From positions 372,001 to 436,000 of the forward strand of contig CAVNZM010000012.1 of the NCBI GenBank assembly GCA_963693365.1: a stretch of 64,000 nucleotides of DNA, in the 5' to 3' direction. This DNA comes from Amoebidium appalachense. Lineage: Eukaryota; Protista; Ichthyosporea. Both the position numbers and the translations under genes were made by a program. Of this stretch, positions 1 through 14,390 are shown one piece after another. The notes under the pieces were generated by a model. That model was given only the letters and a program-made list of their open reading frames with translations, had not been told where the DNA came from and searched no databases. Numbering within the stretch: position 1 is the stretch's first letter; every line of letters starts with the position of its first letter.

Positions 1-3
1 CAG

Positions 4-1219
4 CTGTGCCCGATGCTAACGTTGTTGTTTTTAATGAGGCATTCACCACGCCAGGCCGTGCCACGCTGCAGGCAGGCATGGAGCAGCGTGGGTTTGTGAG
101 CTTCAGCCAGGTGCCGTGGAAGCTGCACCCCCGCATTGTTCTGAATGGCGGTGTGTTTGTGGCATCCCGCTGGCCCATTGTGGAGGAGAGGCAGGGTGTG
201 TTCCAGAATGCCATCTTCAGCGACAAGTACGGTGCCAAGGGCTTCATCTACGCCAAGCTGCGTGCACCCACTGGCCGCCACTACCACCTGATGGCCACCC
301 ACCTGCAGGCCTGGAACGACCCCAGGGCCGCCGAAATCCGCAGGCTGCAGGTATGCACGGGCATGTGGTTCGGTCTCGGCCCTCTGGCTTTAAGTTCTGT
401 TGTAGTCACCATATGCATATACACTTATTCACAGAGCTTGAGCGCAGAATGCACACCGTGACACCTGCTTAGTGGCCACGTGTCTCATGCATATATCAAT
501 AAGCGCTTATGTGCTTATGCATGAAGTGAAATGAAACCTAGGCCAACCTGAATGGTGGTAAAATACCGAAAAATATGTGTTCAACGCACTCTGCTGTTCC
601 ACTCTGACTGATCTACAGGCTCTCTAATTGGAATATCATTTCTGGATGAAGCATAGAAAGGGAGTAAACACGAGTAGTTTCGACCCCGGGCCAGCCCTAA
701 TGCACATAGAAGCTAACACACGTGCATTGCGCGCAGGCCAAAGAGATGGTCGAGTTTGTACGTGGTCTGCAGCTGCCAGCAAGCCAGCCAGTGATCTATG
801 CGGGCGACTTCAATGCCGACCTAATTCATGAGCCAGAGGAGATCAAGGCCCTTGTCGAGGCATTCGACGCCACACTGGCAAAGATCACGGGGGATGTCAC
901 GGTATGTATACGCCTCCATATGGGGCCACATCAAAATCATTGATCGATGAACTGTCTGTTGCGTGATTGTGTAACAGTTTTTCTTTATACAATCCGATGT
1001 AAACGAGAACCGTCTCACATGCATATGCATGCACTTTCCTGTGCACTCGTGAGTGAAGAATCATCTACACAGTGAAAACAGGCATGCTACACTGCATTGC
1101 CTGCACACACTTTCACACATCCTACACATGTTTAATTTTTTTCCGGACAGCAAGCGTTGAACTTTTTCCCGAACAGCAATCGTTGAACTGAAGCATGCAA
1201 ATACACAGCCACGCACATG

Positions 1220-1266
<47 letters not shown>

Positions 1267-1899
1267 ACGTGTGCACACGCACACTCGCACACACGCACTG
1301 CGCATGCACATGCACATACACGCACACGCGCGCACACACACACGCACACACATGCACACGCACGCACGCATACGTGCACACATGCACGCATACGTGCACA
1401 CATGCACACACGCACACACGCACACACACACACACACACATGTGTGTGTACAGACACCACAGCACAGAACGTCACACATAGTGCATGCCACTGAATGACA
1501 CTACCAGTCCTACTAGGGTATTCTATGTACACACAGTCATTCTGACCACTTTTCTCTCCACAGGCCACCTCGGACCCCAAGAGCAACATTCTAGTTGGGC
1601 AGACTGGCGGTGAGCACGAGTCCAAGCTCAGTGAGCAACTCTACAACTATGCTGAGCGCCTGTGCCCCGGGTGCCGCCGTGAGTGGCTGGACTACATTCT
1701 TCCCAGCCGCAGTGGCCCACAGCCCACATCCCAGTCCCTGCAGGGTATTGCTCTTAAAGCCGCGGCACCATTCAAGGCTTGCATGAGTGCTAAGGCCCAG
1801 CCATGGCATGTGACGGCTGAGAGCTGGTGGTGCTCCGCCCCCCGCACCATTAGCGATTTGTCTGATCACTACCCCGTGCATGCTAAGTTCTGCTATTAA
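4..1899 (+). CDS. Sphingomyelinase C-like phosphodiesterase (EEP/DNase I-like superfamily), 5'-partial, 3 exons in window
   Basis: Exons 4-350, 737-901 and 1564-1899 (TAA), all GT-AG and phase-compatible. Motifs VVVFNEAF, GGVFVASRWPI, KGFIYAKL, HLMATHLQA, PVIYAGDFN, WLDYI and DLSDHYPV match the EEP catalytic set of neutral/bacterial sphingomyelinases. The window starts at an acceptor (cag), so earlier exons lie upstream. Confidence 0.88.
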
Positions 1900-2100
1900 T
1901 GCTATAGGCTGGTTGGCGCTAGCAACTACATATGTTACCGGGCGCTGCGCAGCATGCTAAATACGTTGCTTGTTCGTTTGATATTGCTTGTTCGTTTGAT
2001 AGTGTTTGTCAAGTTACCGCTAAAATACTTCCGTGATACTAGAGAATGATGGTCTCAGTGATGTAACCTGCGGGCCAGGTCAACCGTGAGACGAATCATT

Positions 2101-2259
2101 ATGGGCAAAGGGAATAAAAGAAAGTTGATGTATGGCGGGACCCGGCACGGTATATGCACACACCATGACACTGCCACATGTTGCCACAGGCACGTGCAAG
2201 TGCACAGGCGGCAACACCGCAAAAGGCACCTGCCGCACTGGCAAGGCAGGCTGCACCCG
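2101..2259 (+). other. Small Cys-rich spliced ORF fragment (possible gene or pseudogene)
   Basis: ATG 2101, exon 2101-2149, 40-nt GT-AG intron, exon 2190-2259 ending at a strong gtaagc donor. Product MGKGNKRKLMYGGTRHGTCKCTGGNTAKGTCRTGKAGCTR. No clean downstream continuation was found. Confidence 0.3.
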
Positions 2260-2351
2260 GTAAGCCTGTGTGTTTGTGTCTGTGTGTGTGGTGTGTGTGT
2301 GTGTGTTTGTGACTGTGCGTACGTGTACGTGTATGTGTATGTGCAGGAGGT

Positions 2352-2382
<31 letters not shown>

Positions 2383-2884
2383 GGGGGGGGGAGGGGGGAG
2401 GGGGGGGGGGGGGGGGGAGGGGGGGGGGATTTGACGGTTATTGCATGCGGGTTTGCGGATAGTGTGCACTTGCTTCTACTTCTGAGATGGGATGTGAGTG
2501 CATAGTTCTGTGTATACCCACCTTCTCAAGCATCCACATACGCACATGCACACGCACACACATTCAACGAACAAACACACGTGCGCGCAAACACACACTC
2601 GTGTGCGCGCACACACACGCACAAACACAAACACACATGTTTGCGCATTGGTTTCTTGCTCCACATGTACTCAAAAGTCCTTCAAAATTTCTGTGTTTGG
2701 CCCGGCTGCCACCACACATCAATAAAAGGAGTGTTTACGAAAAACTTTCTGAGCCGTTCCTTGCAGCCTTAAAGGTCGATCGATGGCTGGCACGCCTTAA
2801 AGTTTACACTGTGCCCTCCAGCCGACGATGAATTAGTCTCGAGGCTGACTCTAAATCTAGCAAAATTATGACACACCCACAAAC

Positions 2885-2965
<81 letters not shown>

Positions 2966-3475
2966 GCATAAAAAGAGAGCCACACAGTGTGCAACGACAC
3001 GCGCACGACACACACATTTCCCCCTTTCCCTTTCCCATCCGTGCATGTCAATGTGGAAAGAAAATTCCTACACAGGCATATATAGATACCCAAATACAGA
3101 TGATGATGATACAGATGAGACGCCGTGGGAGTTGGTGAGTGGATGTGGGGTTTGTAAGGTTACTCACATGTATTATCATGACGCAACAAAGGAGCCTCGG
3201 TCGGTGTCCTGGCGTCATGGTCATGGTGTGTGTCACGGTGCACACGTGTGGCGCTTGTTAGTTAGGGGTAGAGAAAAGAGGGGGCCGGGGAGCTCAATGA
3301 CTGTTTGTATGAGGCAGGTTTGACATTTGTGTACATGTATGGATGACTGGGGAAGCCCCCCCCCCCCCCCCCCCCCCCCCCCCCCTTCCCCCCCGCGCAG
3401 GGTGGGGTAGGGTAACTGGGTGGAGGGTTGGGCGGGAACCCCGCAGGGGAAGTGGATTCGGCGGGGGGAGAGCTG

Positions 3476-3513
<38 letters not shown>

Positions 3514-4251
3514 AGGGTTAAGACACGGTGTCGTTATTGTCTGATGATGCATTGTTCGGACGTGAAGGAGAATGCACCAAGTGTACCATTGAGCTGGCTA
3601 TGATGTTTCGTTTCTCTGATGTCTGAGTCTTAGGATTGTATTTCCCACCCTCTGCTTCTCTCCAAACGCCTACAGCCGTCTATGATCATGGCGAATCTCG
3701 GTCAATCTCGGTCATGATGTGCTTCTATCCTTGGCCTGCTGTCGGTCAGAGTGACCCGCAGTGTGACTTTGCCTAACCGGCTGCATATGCTTTTGGTGAT
3801 TGCATGTGGCATCAGGAAAAGTGATATTAAGGAAGGCCCGGGGAGGATACAAAGATAAAGTAAGACCTGGCTTCCGAGAGAAGAACTTCGGGCATCCTTG
3901 CACAGCAAAGACGTCAAAATGTACGTAATTACTATAAGCTCAATTGGATACATACCAATCTGCAACACATTCATAAGCATATTTACAAAACGGAGTCAGT
4001 CTTCAAGTTATTACACAAATGCAATTTAAGGAGAACATGGCCGCAGAATACATGCTATAGTCGGTCATTGAGTCACAAGAATACATGTATGTACAAAGGA
4101 TTCGTTACATGGGACCATTCGTTTCATATAATATCCAAAACATGGGGAACCTGATGCGACCCGTCAATTCTGCTCTTGGCAGGATTCATATGATATTCAG
4201 AATACCAAGACGAAGCTCATGGGGATTAGATGCGGCCCGACACTGCCGCTC

Positions 4252-5034
4252 TCAGCAGAGAAAGTCAGTGCGTGGGTTGCCCAGGGCCGGTGCAATTGGT
4301 CTGCACACAGTGCCGTAGCCCAAGGCATAGGGGGTGGTGAAGTAGAGCGGCCGGGGGTTGTATAGGCGCTCATAGTCAGCCTTGCGGTAGCGTTGGTTGT
4401 GCACTGAGAGAAGGTGGTGCTGTGGGAGGGGAGGGGAGGGTCAGACTGTGGCTACCTTGTGACAGGCCAGGGGCACATAGTAATAACTCCTGGCACCAGG
4501 CTCTGAGAATTCAGCACATTCAGAGTGGATGTGTTCTAGTGTTTCAACAGATGGAGTATGAAATCGCCACACAGGGTTTTTAGGTGGGGGTTCAATTACC
4601 TGCAGACTGCGCCAGGCCTCGTATCTCCTCGGGCAGCCCTTGACGGGGCAGCCATATCTCCTGGCCAGCTGGTCACGTGCACGCCTTGATCTCTGCTTGC
4701 ATGCATCCCCGTCCGTGTCTGTGTGCTCCTTCTCCACCGCAAGGGCAGAGGGTGAGCAGGGAGGGGTGTCCACCTGCACCCCCTTCTCCTCTGTTGTGTG
4801 GTACGCCTGTGCCTGGCCGTGGCTTGCACGTGGCTGGGTGCCCAAGTGTTCTGCCTCTGCAAGTATCTCAGCCACCGTGCCTGCGTCTAGCATCTGCAAC
4901 GCATCGAGAAGGGATAGCCCGCTGCACTGGCAGGCCGCAGCAGGGCAGCACCGCTGGCAGACATACGCTGGTTCGTTCAGGGCATCAGAGGATAGCCAAC
5001 CGGCAGGCCCACACAAAGACACGGGTGAGTCCAT
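4252..5034 (-). CDS. C2H2 zinc-finger protein (single finger), 2 coding exons, ~200 aa
   Basis: Exon 5034-4600 (donor gtaatt) joins exon 4419-4252 (pyrimidine-rich acceptor, TGA stop) in phase 0, giving YGCPVKGCPRRYEAWRSLQ|HHLLSVH (C-x4-C-x12-H-x4-H). Confidence 0.8.
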
Positions 5035-5252
5035 CGTTAATATAGGTATAGCACGAGCGTGGCTATTGTGTGGGTTAGAGGCCTGGGGTGGTCTAAATAA
5101 TGGGGCCTATTGGTGTCTGTCAGATAACTACACAGATAAAAACGTGTTGCTACAGAGTCTTTAGCACCCTCATCATACATATCAGTACCCTCCGCTGAGT
5201 ATTTGCTTCACTGTGTGCACACAAGCTTGTAACTGCTGCTTGTTCCTCCTCA

Positions 5253-5315
5253 CTTATATAGGGCCATGAGCGGACCAATCGGAGCGCGTCATTCAACAAG
5301 TCTGCCGCGGCCAAT
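5253..5315 (-). promoter_or_regulatory. Putative core promoter of the C2H2 gene (TATA plus two CCAAT boxes)
   Basis: TATATAAG on the minus strand at 5260-5253; CCAAT at 5275 and 5311; about 220 bp upstream of the ATG. Confidence 0.45.
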
Positions 5316-5772
5316 CAGAATTCTCGATCGTGCGCCTTCTTGCATTCCATTGAAGTTAGCGGGTCAGCAGCTACGGCACTCTTATAAGGTCCTGAGGACC
5401 TCGAGCTCATGAGTCATGAGCCCTGGCGACCGAACAGGGACATTATCAGCATTAATAATGGTCGTGTCATGCTCAGCAGATTAGCATATCTGTGTGTTTT
5501 CAACTTGCTTTGTAGTGTTTAAAACATTTGAAAAGCAGTGAGCGGCTACTGCGGTAAGTGCGGTTCATCACGGTGCACACCCCGGTCCCCAACGTTCTGC
5601 ACGCACGTCGCTAGCTTGTGTAACGTGACGCTGATCATGATCGAGGGATGAAATTTGCGTGTCTCAGCAGTCCTGTGACTGTCGGCATCTCGCCATCTGC
5701 ATGTTAACCCCAGCTTGGTGCCAGGTCCAACTCATATTCACCCCCTCTGCACACACACTGACATACACGCAT

Positions 5773-5925
<153 letters not shown>

Positions 5926-8253
5926 CACACGTGCACACCCACACACAAACACACACAGCTCACTTGCAAGGGCATTCCAGTGGCCCATCACACACCGTGA
6001 CACAGTCACACACACACACACGCACGTACGCACGCACGCACGCACGCACGCACGCACACAATTATGTACGCATATACACTCACACTGACAGACGGCGCAC
6101 ACATGTACATACACACGCACACACACACGTACACAAAAAACCACACACAAGGACACACACAAACATGCACGTGTGCTCATACATACGCATACGCGCACAC
6201 TCATACGCACCTGCCACCTACTGAGATGGCTCCTTATTTTTCCTTACATATTCAGCGAACACTGGACTCTATCGAACCGTCGAGGCGCCGCGACAGAAAG
6301 CATGCACGCGGTCGCGAGAGTGTAAGGAAAAATCGGACAGCGAACGTAAAGTTCATCGCAGCGCGTGCACACCGTCAGTACGTGTGAGCATACGCACCGC
6401 TAGCACCGCACTTGGCAACACCAAACAGCTCAGAATTCGAAGACAGCTCAGGCCGTGCGCGCGGCCATGGCCAGCATGTAGCAGCTAGATCGTGGCAAGA
6501 TCCGAGGCTGGCCTTGCGTGGCATGAGCCCGGAGGGCATGCGGCCGGCAGAGCACCGGCGGGCAGTCCCAGAGCGCATGCAGCAGTAGTGCAGCTGCATG
6601 CCAGACTCAGTTGAGCTTGAGACTCTTGAGAACACAGGCTTGGGAATGCATGAGCTGTTTACACGTCCTGGTTCCATTCAGTCAAACTAATAGTACAAGC
6701 AAGTCACGGTTCGGTTTGCTGTCACTGTTTCTGCCCTCTGCAGTAGGTCTGGCCTGGCCAGGGCCACTGAGGGGACTCCCATATGCGGGCTGATCATCGA
6801 TGGTGCGAGACTGCGAGCTGGCGTTCACCGACGGTTCACGCACGGCTGGTGCAGCTCTGTCACTCTGTGCTCCCTGCCACGGGTGCGCCCTGGGCGTGAT
6901 CACCTCGCCCTGCCGTGAGTCACGGACTCACGCGTACGGGCCCCGAAGCTGAGGCTCGGGCGATGGCGCCAGCAGGTTGCCTGGCTGGGCGAACACGGTG
7001 TATCTCACTGCTATCTATTTACATACACAGAATACATGTTTTGATGTTCCAGGTCAATACATGGTCATTGGAGGGTACTGTAGCTATCTTACTTTGAACA
7101 GTAGAACAGAAGTTCAATGTTGAGACAAGGGGTACTCTCACTACTTAGTGTAGCATGTACTACATAGTGTAGCATGCTGTTTCATGTGACTGTCCGGAGA
7201 GAGAAATGTGGGCAAAACCAATTGGTTCACCGTGGACCAATCTGATGGGTTCGTGGAATCGTGGGTGACGGTGGGTCTTCTCTCGCTTTCTCTCGCTTCT
7301 CTGCCGAATCTCTTGCATACCAGCGACTCCAACAGAAACCAATAGGAAGTGCAGCCACGACTGTGACTCGCGGTCACTAGGTTTGCATATTGATAGGCTA
7401 ATATAGCCATCTACTACGTAAAAGTAGAAGAAAATGAAGCTTATGAAACTCTGCGTCTGCTTACCTCCACAGAAATGGTTCTTTTGGCAATCCAAAGTAT
7501 GCAAAGGCGTGTCCGAGCCTATGGCTGTGTAGCCAATAGAATACATGGTGCTTGCTAGGCCAATAGAAACGAGCTTTCATCCTGATTATTTTCACATCAT
7601 TGCGAACCCTGGGCTTTCAAGTTTGTTGGAGAAGGCAACAGGCTGGATGCATGCATCGCTGCGGCTGGATGAACTTCACTGAACGATACATACAGTAGCT
7701 GGCCTACCGTACAGTGTACATGTTTTTGGCTTATCTTATAAGCTTTATACGGCTAGAATCTGTGTTTTAGAGGGGCCTGCTGCATGCTTCCAGTATATTG
7801 ATATCAGTAACTATTGTATTAAGCTCCAGTGCCATCCCCCGCGGCCGACGGCTCACTCGATCCCGGCCCGGCCCGGGGCCTGGCAACGTTTGTTTATGTG
7901 CTCGAAAGCCATACACAATGTTGATACAGTGCATCGATGATCATGAATCATGATGATGTCGCGCCACCAGGTCACCAAAGCCTTTTTTAGCAATATTATG
8001 AGATATTCCCTATATATCCATACAAACACGTGTACACATCAGAGCCCATTCCACGGACAATCTATTACTGGCCATGGATTCGTTGCGCACCATTGCAATT
8101 TGCACAGTCAAACGTACATACTACGAGCGTGATGCTTCGGAAGTACTGTGCTTGCTGTGCCACACAGAGCTGTGCCCGGTATACTCGACTGTCTGCTCCT
8201 AGGCCTCCAGGGCACGGCCATCTTGCTGTTCAAGATGGCCGTGCTCCAGGGCC

Positions 8254-8298
<45 letters not shown>

Positions 8299-8388
8299 AG
8301 CTCCCCCCTCGGCCCTACCACCCCCCCTCCCTCCCCCCTTCCCCTCCCCCCAGTCCACCCCCCCCCCCCCCCTCCCTTCCTGTTCTAC

Positions 8389-8424
<36 letters not shown>

Positions 8425-9199
8425 CCCCCTCCCCCCCCCCCCCCCCCCCCAAAAAAAAGAAAAAAACAGAAAGAAAGAAAAAGAAAAAAAGAAAAGAAAA
8501 GAAAATATCCATATTCCATTGAGAGAATCAGACTAGTATGGTCATGATCAGTGCCAAGGTTTCGCCAAGGTTTCGCGATCGTCTTGGTATGTGCGTAGCA
8601 CACGCACGCATGTGACAGCACTGTATGTATATGTACGTGATATACGAGCCATGGCAGCTGCAGCACAGTCCGGTGTGGCGGCCGCATGGCCGGACCCTCG
8701 CCGGACTGGTGGCTCCATGGCCAACTTCTAAGTCAATGAAGTTCGCATGTACGTGTCAAGTTGGCCAATTGGTTTCATACGCTTCACTAAAAATTTCAGT
8801 GTGTGTACAGTATGTACCCATTTGAAAGGAAAGGCATTAGATCTGCAAGAGACTATTATCTATTTGAATGTTCAATAAGATACGAACTCCTGGCTATATT
8901 ATATTCCTTATTCTCAGTATTCTTATTCAGGGCCTTATTTTTTTTTGTTGTTATACATTGTAGTGGGGGTATACATTGAGGCCATAGCTGGCCGCATTCG
9001 AACTGCAGCTCAGGCCGTACGTACCAAGTTGCTTCGGGAGAACATTCATATGTATTCTTTTAATTTAGACTTGGCAGTTGCCAACCCCGGAATTCGTGAT
9101 CATGATGGTGATCATCGCATGGCACCATCACCGCGTCCCGGGGGGGCCACGGCTACAGTACTAGCCACAAGTAGAAGAGAGCCTGAGTCGGCGGGGAGG

Positions 9200-10460
<1,261 letters not shown>

Positions 10461-11212
10461 GGCGAGCCCTGGGGAGTGTGTTGTGTGTGTGTGTGCCACG
10501 GTGTGTGTATTGGGAGGGGGGGGAATACTCACCGGCCCGTTGACAGGGAACCTGAAGGGCTAGCGCTTAGTTGACTGAAAGGCAGGCAAACGGCGGCGAA
10601 CTCACGGTGCCAGTGACTCTGAGTCGCCCGTGGTGCAGGTGCCGTGTGAGCAGCCCACCGCCCAAGCCACTCAGCCTGTCCGCATTACGGTCCAGCAGTG
10701 GAGGCCATCATGTCATATGTATGTGTCGAAGGTTTGTTCAACTTGGATGCCCCGGGGCCCCGGCGGGTTTGTTTCGCATGGCGCACAGACTCTCCGGATC
10801 CGGACTGATGATGTGATCCGGGCCGCCCAGACTTCGAACGTTCAATCGGGAAAATGATATTCAAAAAATCATCCTAATACTTGCAATTATACCGTGTGTA
10901 ATTCATGATAGCTTAGTTAGTAGATGCATTGATTGCCTCAGGTATTAATTAGCTTTAGGAGACAGTCTGACTTTGAGTACGTCACGGCGGTGTGATGAAT
11001 ATGTACTACAAGACCATGATACGTGACATGCTGGCCAGTACTAGCTAGTGTCGAGAAGCCACTGGCCTGGGCCAGCCTGGCCTTGACATTAATGCAGGCA
11101 TATAGTATATATTCAACGAAATGTGTGTGTGTGTGTGTGTGTGTGTGTCATTGTGTGTGTGTGTATGTGTGTGTATGTGTGTGTGTGTGTGTGTGTGCGT
11201 GTGCATGCGTGT

Positions 11213-11284
<72 letters not shown>

Positions 11285-11479
11285 TGCTTGTGTGTGTATG
11301 TGGGGGGGGGGGGGGGGGGGGGGGGGGGAGGGTGGGGGGAGGGGGGAGGGGGGGGGGGGGATGTGCATCAGTGGATGGCCAAAACGGGAGCAATCCCCCC
11401 CCCCCCAAAAAAACGTAACGAATCCATGCACAACTTTGGTGGATGGAAATGTTACTCTGGCATGATCACGTGCATGGGT

Positions 11480-11513
<34 letters not shown>

Positions 11514-11864
11514 GGGACCACCCCGTGCACCCAGGTGGGTTCCTTCCCCCCCCGGGAGGGGGGGGGGGAAACCCACCCACCCCTGCGGCTACCTTGGGGC
11601 GGGGGGAGGGGGTACCACCAGGGCGGACGCCGATATTAACTACTCCCCCCCCCCCCCCCCCATTTCAAATTCAAAAATCCCTTATTATGGCATGTACACT
11701 ACCGTGTGCACGTATTTCAATTCAAGTTGGCGCCGGCGACACGCCGGTGTGGCATACGTGCTTACACGTGCCTCGGTGTGCGTGTGCGTGCGTGTGTGTG
11801 CCGGGCCCCGGCCCGGGGAGGAGGGAGGGGAGGGATCCTTAGGGTGGGGTGCTCTGCGGTGGCG

Positions 11865-11902
<38 letters not shown>

Positions 11903-12271
11903 GGGGTACAACAGACTGGCGGAACCTCTGAGGCTAACTTGGCTTTCTTGGGGGGGAATCAAAATTGTCTAGTAGTATTTGGCGGCCGTGGGGGGACTCG
12001 GGGGGAAGAGAGGCGGACGGGGGGGGGGGGGGGGGGGGAAGGGGAGAGGGGGAGGGGGGGGGGAAAGGGGGGGGGAGGGGGGAGGGGGGGGGGGGGGAAG
12101 GGGGGGCGGGGAGCACTGGGGGACGACACAAAACAAATATAATTTACCCATGCAAGGCGCCGAGGGGGGTCTAACGTCATGCGGTGAGTGCTGTGGGGTT
12201 TGAGATGGTGAGGGACTTCCGAGCACAGGCCCTTGCTGATCCAGCTCTGCCAGTGGGGAGTGAGGCCTGCC

Positions 12272-12526
12272 TGTCACTGAGCCTCGCACGGTTTAGCTAG
12301 TGGTTGTCTCCGGTATTAAACCGTTTTCGAAGTTGTGCGTATGTGTGTGTTGAAGTTGAACGAAGTTATACTTTGTGAAGTTTGAACGAAGTTATTACGT
12401 TAAACGAGGAATCCGATACTAAGTACTACTATCCTATGTCGGGGAAAGGCAGCACGACACCAACCGGGTAGGGGGGGAAAACGGGAATTCCTCGTTTCCT
12501 GGCCCTTTATTATCGGCTCTGTGACA
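12272..12526. mobile_element. Possible solo LTR or small inverted-repeat element (255 bp)
   Basis: Begins TGTCACTGAGCC and ends GGCTCTGTGACA (12-bp inverted repeat, 1 mismatch, TG...CA termini as in Gypsy-type LTRs). Internal duplicated TTGAACGAAGTTAT. No intact TSD. Confidence 0.4.
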
Positions 12527-13217
12527 GCACAGAGCGCAGGTATGATACTGCGGCAGGTGTCATCAGAATTCCACATCCATATATGGAGAGACAGGCCCGT
12601 ATTCTATTGGCTAAATATTCCGATCCATGGTTTCAAAACAGTTTACCGCAATTTGTGCAATCACACCAGACACGTGTGTATGTGTGGGGGAAGGGGGGGG
12701 GGGGAGGGAGGGAGGGGGGGGGGAGGGAGGGAGGGAGGGGAGGGAGGGAGGGGGGGGGGGGGGGGGGGCCGGACTAGCCACTGTACCGTAGGCTACTGAG
12801 CCCCCCCCCCCCCCCCCCCCCCCCCCCCAACCCCCTCCACCCCCCAAAACCCCAACCCCCCTTCCCTCTCAATAAAATAAAATTTCAGTTAAAAAAGAAA
12901 AGAAAAGAAAGAAAGAAAAGAAACTTTAGGGGAAAGAAAAAGAAGAAGAAATTCAAGATGAAAGCTTTGAAGGAAAAAGAAAAGTTAAAAACCGGAAAAA
13001 AGAGAAACTGAAGGGCCTCGACACGAAAAATCTCCGCTATCGGCCCATAGTGGTCGACTCGGCAAAGATCCTACTAGGCTAAGGCTTTCATCCCAACCCT
13101 TTGCATACCGTGTGGTGATTTGTCAAGACCTCTCCACATGCACTCAGTGCAGCGGCCTGTCACGGTGGCTGTATTCAGAAACTTTCTGCAACCCGAAAAT
13201 TTTGCTATTTGGTTGAA

Positions 13218-13251
<34 letters not shown>

Positions 13252-13434
13252 CGTTGGGGGGGGGGGGGGGGGGGTGGGTAGGGGGGGGGGGGAGGGCGGG
13301 GAGGTGGGGGGGGGGAAGGATCCACTTACCATATGCAATGACCTCAAAGTTTTTTGGCGTGCGGCTGCAGGGTCTGGATCGGTGATATTTTAGTTAGTGA
13401 CAGATACCCCCCGCGGCCCCGCTCCCCCCTTACC

Positions 13435-13465
<31 letters not shown>

Positions 13466-13754
13466 ACACACACACATTCACACTCACACACCGCCGCGTG
13501 CCAGGCACACTGTTTGAAACCAACACACACCGGTCCACACACACAAGCATTACACACGCGGCACACTGTCAGGCGTGCACACGCGCGTGCGCGCGTGCAC
13601 ACACACACACACACACACCTGACACACACACACACACGCACGCGCGCGCACACACACACACACACGCACACGCACACGCACACGCACACACACACACAGA
13701 CGTGATGTGCCACCGTCGGACACACGCACACTCACACTGTCACACAAACACACA

Positions 13755-13819
<65 letters not shown>

Positions 13820-14104
13820 TGGCACACATACATACGTGACTGCACACACACTGTTACACACACACACTGTGGCACTCTGCACCGTGGCATACACACACAC
13901 ACACACACACACACACCATGACCCACACACACACACACACTAGCACGCATTAAGGTACGGTGACACATACAGAGGACGGTCACTGAAGTGCATAATGGGT
14001 GGCGGGATAAACTGCCCTTGCTGCCTTTTGATTCACCGGGTGCACACGAGATAGATAGTACAGCGGCCCGATGACCATTCTCGGATAGGCTATACGGCGC
14101 TGTC

Positions 14105-14390
14105 TACAGGGGTACTAGATCGTCGTATATCTCGGAATCTATTGGTGCTATTTACAGAGGTACTAGAGAGTCATATATCTCGGAATCTATTGGTGCCACC
14201 TACAGAGGTACTAGATAGTCATATATCTCGGACTGTTTAGATCTAGAGGTTCTACTGGCTGGTGCAGTTGGCATCTAGATCTCAGTGTGTAAAGGTACTA
14301 GATAGTCGCATGGTACTAGATAGCCGGATGGTACTAGATAGTCGCATAGTACTTGATAGGCAGTATATATCCCCGAGAGGTACTTCATAG
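14105..14390 (+). repeat. Minisatellite-like array built on GGTACTAGATAG
   Basis: Motif at 14111, 14159, 14207 (48-bp period), then 14294, 14312, 14330, 14348 (18-bp period) and a degenerate copy at 14379. Confidence 0.85.

Noticed and set aside
6375-7000. GC-rich minus-strand ORFs (..STESGMQLHYCC..) as a second zinc-finger gene
   Set aside because: Interrupted by stops, no complete C2H2 pattern and no consistent splice model; at most a decayed fragment.
7873-9090. CCGGGGCCTGGCAAC ... GTTGCCAACCCCGG as hAT-like TIRs
   Set aside because: The match is imperfect and there is no 8-bp TSD.
14105-14390. CRISPR-like appearance of the regularly spaced motif
   Set aside because: The spacers are homologous or only 6 bp long, the motif is 12 bp, there are no cas genes, and the context is eukaryotic.
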